Below, in pieces: positions 62,572 through 64,000 of a stretch of DNA of 64,000 nt. Each line of letters opens with the position of its first letter. The first letter of the stretch is position 1. The DNA lies in the NCBI GenBank assembly GCA_045837725.1, contig JBEWZL010000127.1, forward strand, positions 186,001-250,000. The letters run 5' to 3'. The notes below the pieces were generated by a model. It ran no database searches. It saw only the letters and a list, made by a program, of their open reading frames with translations, and was not told the origin of the DNA. The stretch is from Vermamoeba vermiformis (taxonomy: Eukaryota). Both the position numbers and the translations under genes were made by a program.

Positions 62572-64000
62572 TCAAAACTCTAACTTGGTCATAATCTTCT
62601 TGTAATCAACTCTTGTTCGTGATCCGATGATGAGCACTTGATCCAGCGCAAAATGAATTGAATTTACATCTCTGTTGTCGTGCGCAAATGAACTGATTAG
62701 ACGAGCTGTCTCCCATTGATACGCCTGTGAGAGTATAAGCGCTTTAGATCTGTACGTTATATCTTATCTATTTGAATGCATACATGAACGTGATTGGCCG
62801 TAGCTAAGAATAGAATTGCACCGGACTTGCTGAACGTCATCGCTTGAATGCCAGCAGCGTTCTTTTCTTCGAATTTGACGACTTTCCGTTTCTGTTCCAA
62901 ATCAACAACATTGACGAGGTTGTTAAATGTGCACAAGAGTTTATCTGCATCACATTGAAGTGAATAATGTTTGCCTTTTTTGGGCGGGAAATTGGGTCCG
63001 TAGGAATTTTTACTGTCCAAGCTAGTTGACTTACTATTTTTGGGCACCCAGAGGTATTTAGTGGCACCACCAGGGATTGGCGCTAATTGGTAATTAAGAT
63101 CGTTCAAGTCCATGATTTTTTTCCGAGAAACGTCGTTGACATCAATTGACATGAATCGGAACCAATGTCTTTTCTGGCCTTGGCTCTCCACAAAATGTTC
63201 ACTAAAGTTCGTAAATTTCTTTGCACTCGGCAGCTCGATTTCAACGGACTGTTCTTCGTGTCTCCAAATAACAATCTGCAAATATAGTATTTATGGTTAC
63301 TTTGCAAAAATTTCAAGGCGCGTGAAGGTTGTTAGTCACGTGACTTACTTTGTCTTCTTTAAAAAACAGTAGTAAGTTAGGATTAACTTGTGATGCAAAT
63401 AATGCAATGAACGGCCCTGACAGTCGTTCGAACTTAGCGCACAACGGAGCCCTAGCGGGAGCATTAATTTCTTTTCCAAATTTGGTAATGGAATTACCTT
63501 TCTTGACAAGGAGTTGCAAGTGGTTCAAGACTGTAATTTCCGTCTTTTAGCGTCGCCGTGCAACAATGGGAACATCTCTTGGACAGATCCATGATCACTA
63601 CGTCGTTCCAACCGGTGCTGTCAATCTAATAATACACCTCGTTAGTCATTCTCAAGCAAAGTATTTATAAATACGAAAAAGCACAAATATTAACAAAGAG
63701 CTGCATAATATCTTTTGTTTAAAATACAGTTAAATTTGCGAAAGTTTGTTAATTAGGGTTAGGGTTTGGCAATATACGTTTTCAAGTTTCAACGTAATAA
63801 ACCTGGTCAAACTACACGCCATATATCGCACTTACATAAGCAGCAAATTTCGAGTTAAAAGCCCAGGAGAGTTCCAATGTTTCGCAACCACCAGCTGGAT
63901 ATAACGTCAACATCGGACTGTTGTTCATTTTGCCGTCAGGCTCCAATATTTTGTGCACGCAATATTCCGTATTTGTAGTTGATAAAATCTTTGAACATAA
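62572..64000 (-). CDS. Beta-propeller/WD40-like protein, 5' end beyond the window
   Basis: Spliced exons with WD-like strands (VNVVDLEQKRKV, IQAMTFSKSGAILF, AYQWETARLISSFAH.NRDVNSIHF). Confidence 0.6.

Noticed and set aside
63753-63764. Telomeric TTAGGG repeat
   Set aside because: Only two copies, inside an intron; compatible with chance.
1-64000. Stop-codon reassignment (TAG is rare as a terminator, and in-frame TAGs occur near 25.7 kb)
   Set aside because: Long exons of 390-736 codons and the conserved genes contain no in-frame TAG. The disrupted region also has TAA and TGA stops, so the standard code fits.
1-64000. CRISPR array, rRNA, prophage or autonomous transposon
   Set aside because: No regularly spaced repeats, rRNA signatures, or transposase/RT/integrase motifs were seen. 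The DNA is eukaryotic and intron-rich.

Overview
Compact, intron-rich eukaryotic genomic DNA (AT-rich; short GT-AG introns, often with CTAAC/CTAAT-type branch points). The gene content suggests a free-living amoeboid protist, probably an amoebozoan; this is inferred from a Roco protein, an ABP34-like actin bundler, a DBH-like monooxygenase, an F-box/Ras fusion and chorismate synthase. About 30 protein-coding loci were reconstructed by hand. Housekeeping genes include CCT3, mitochondrial GluRS, chorismate synthase, PS decarboxylase, a PTEN-like phosphatase and a PP2A-family phosphatase. There are several F-box/LRR and ubiquitin-system genes and several prokaryote- or virus-like genes that now carry introns (UvsE, SnoaL-like, DUF4114-like, a PknB-like kinase, and a VWA/MIDAS protein resembling baculovirus P94). 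The main hidden features are a box C/D snoRNA (U59/snR54-type guide) in a CCT3 intron, a tiny protein combining SIAMESE-type and Kip/Cip-type CDK-inhibitor motifs, a 5-exon RDEL-terminated ER microprotein missed by the ORF track, a GC-AG intron, and a series of frameshifts that all look like +1 insertions. No tRNA, rRNA, CRISPR array or clear transposon was found. Exon boundaries were read by eye and are approximate, and family assignments come from motif recognition, not database searches.
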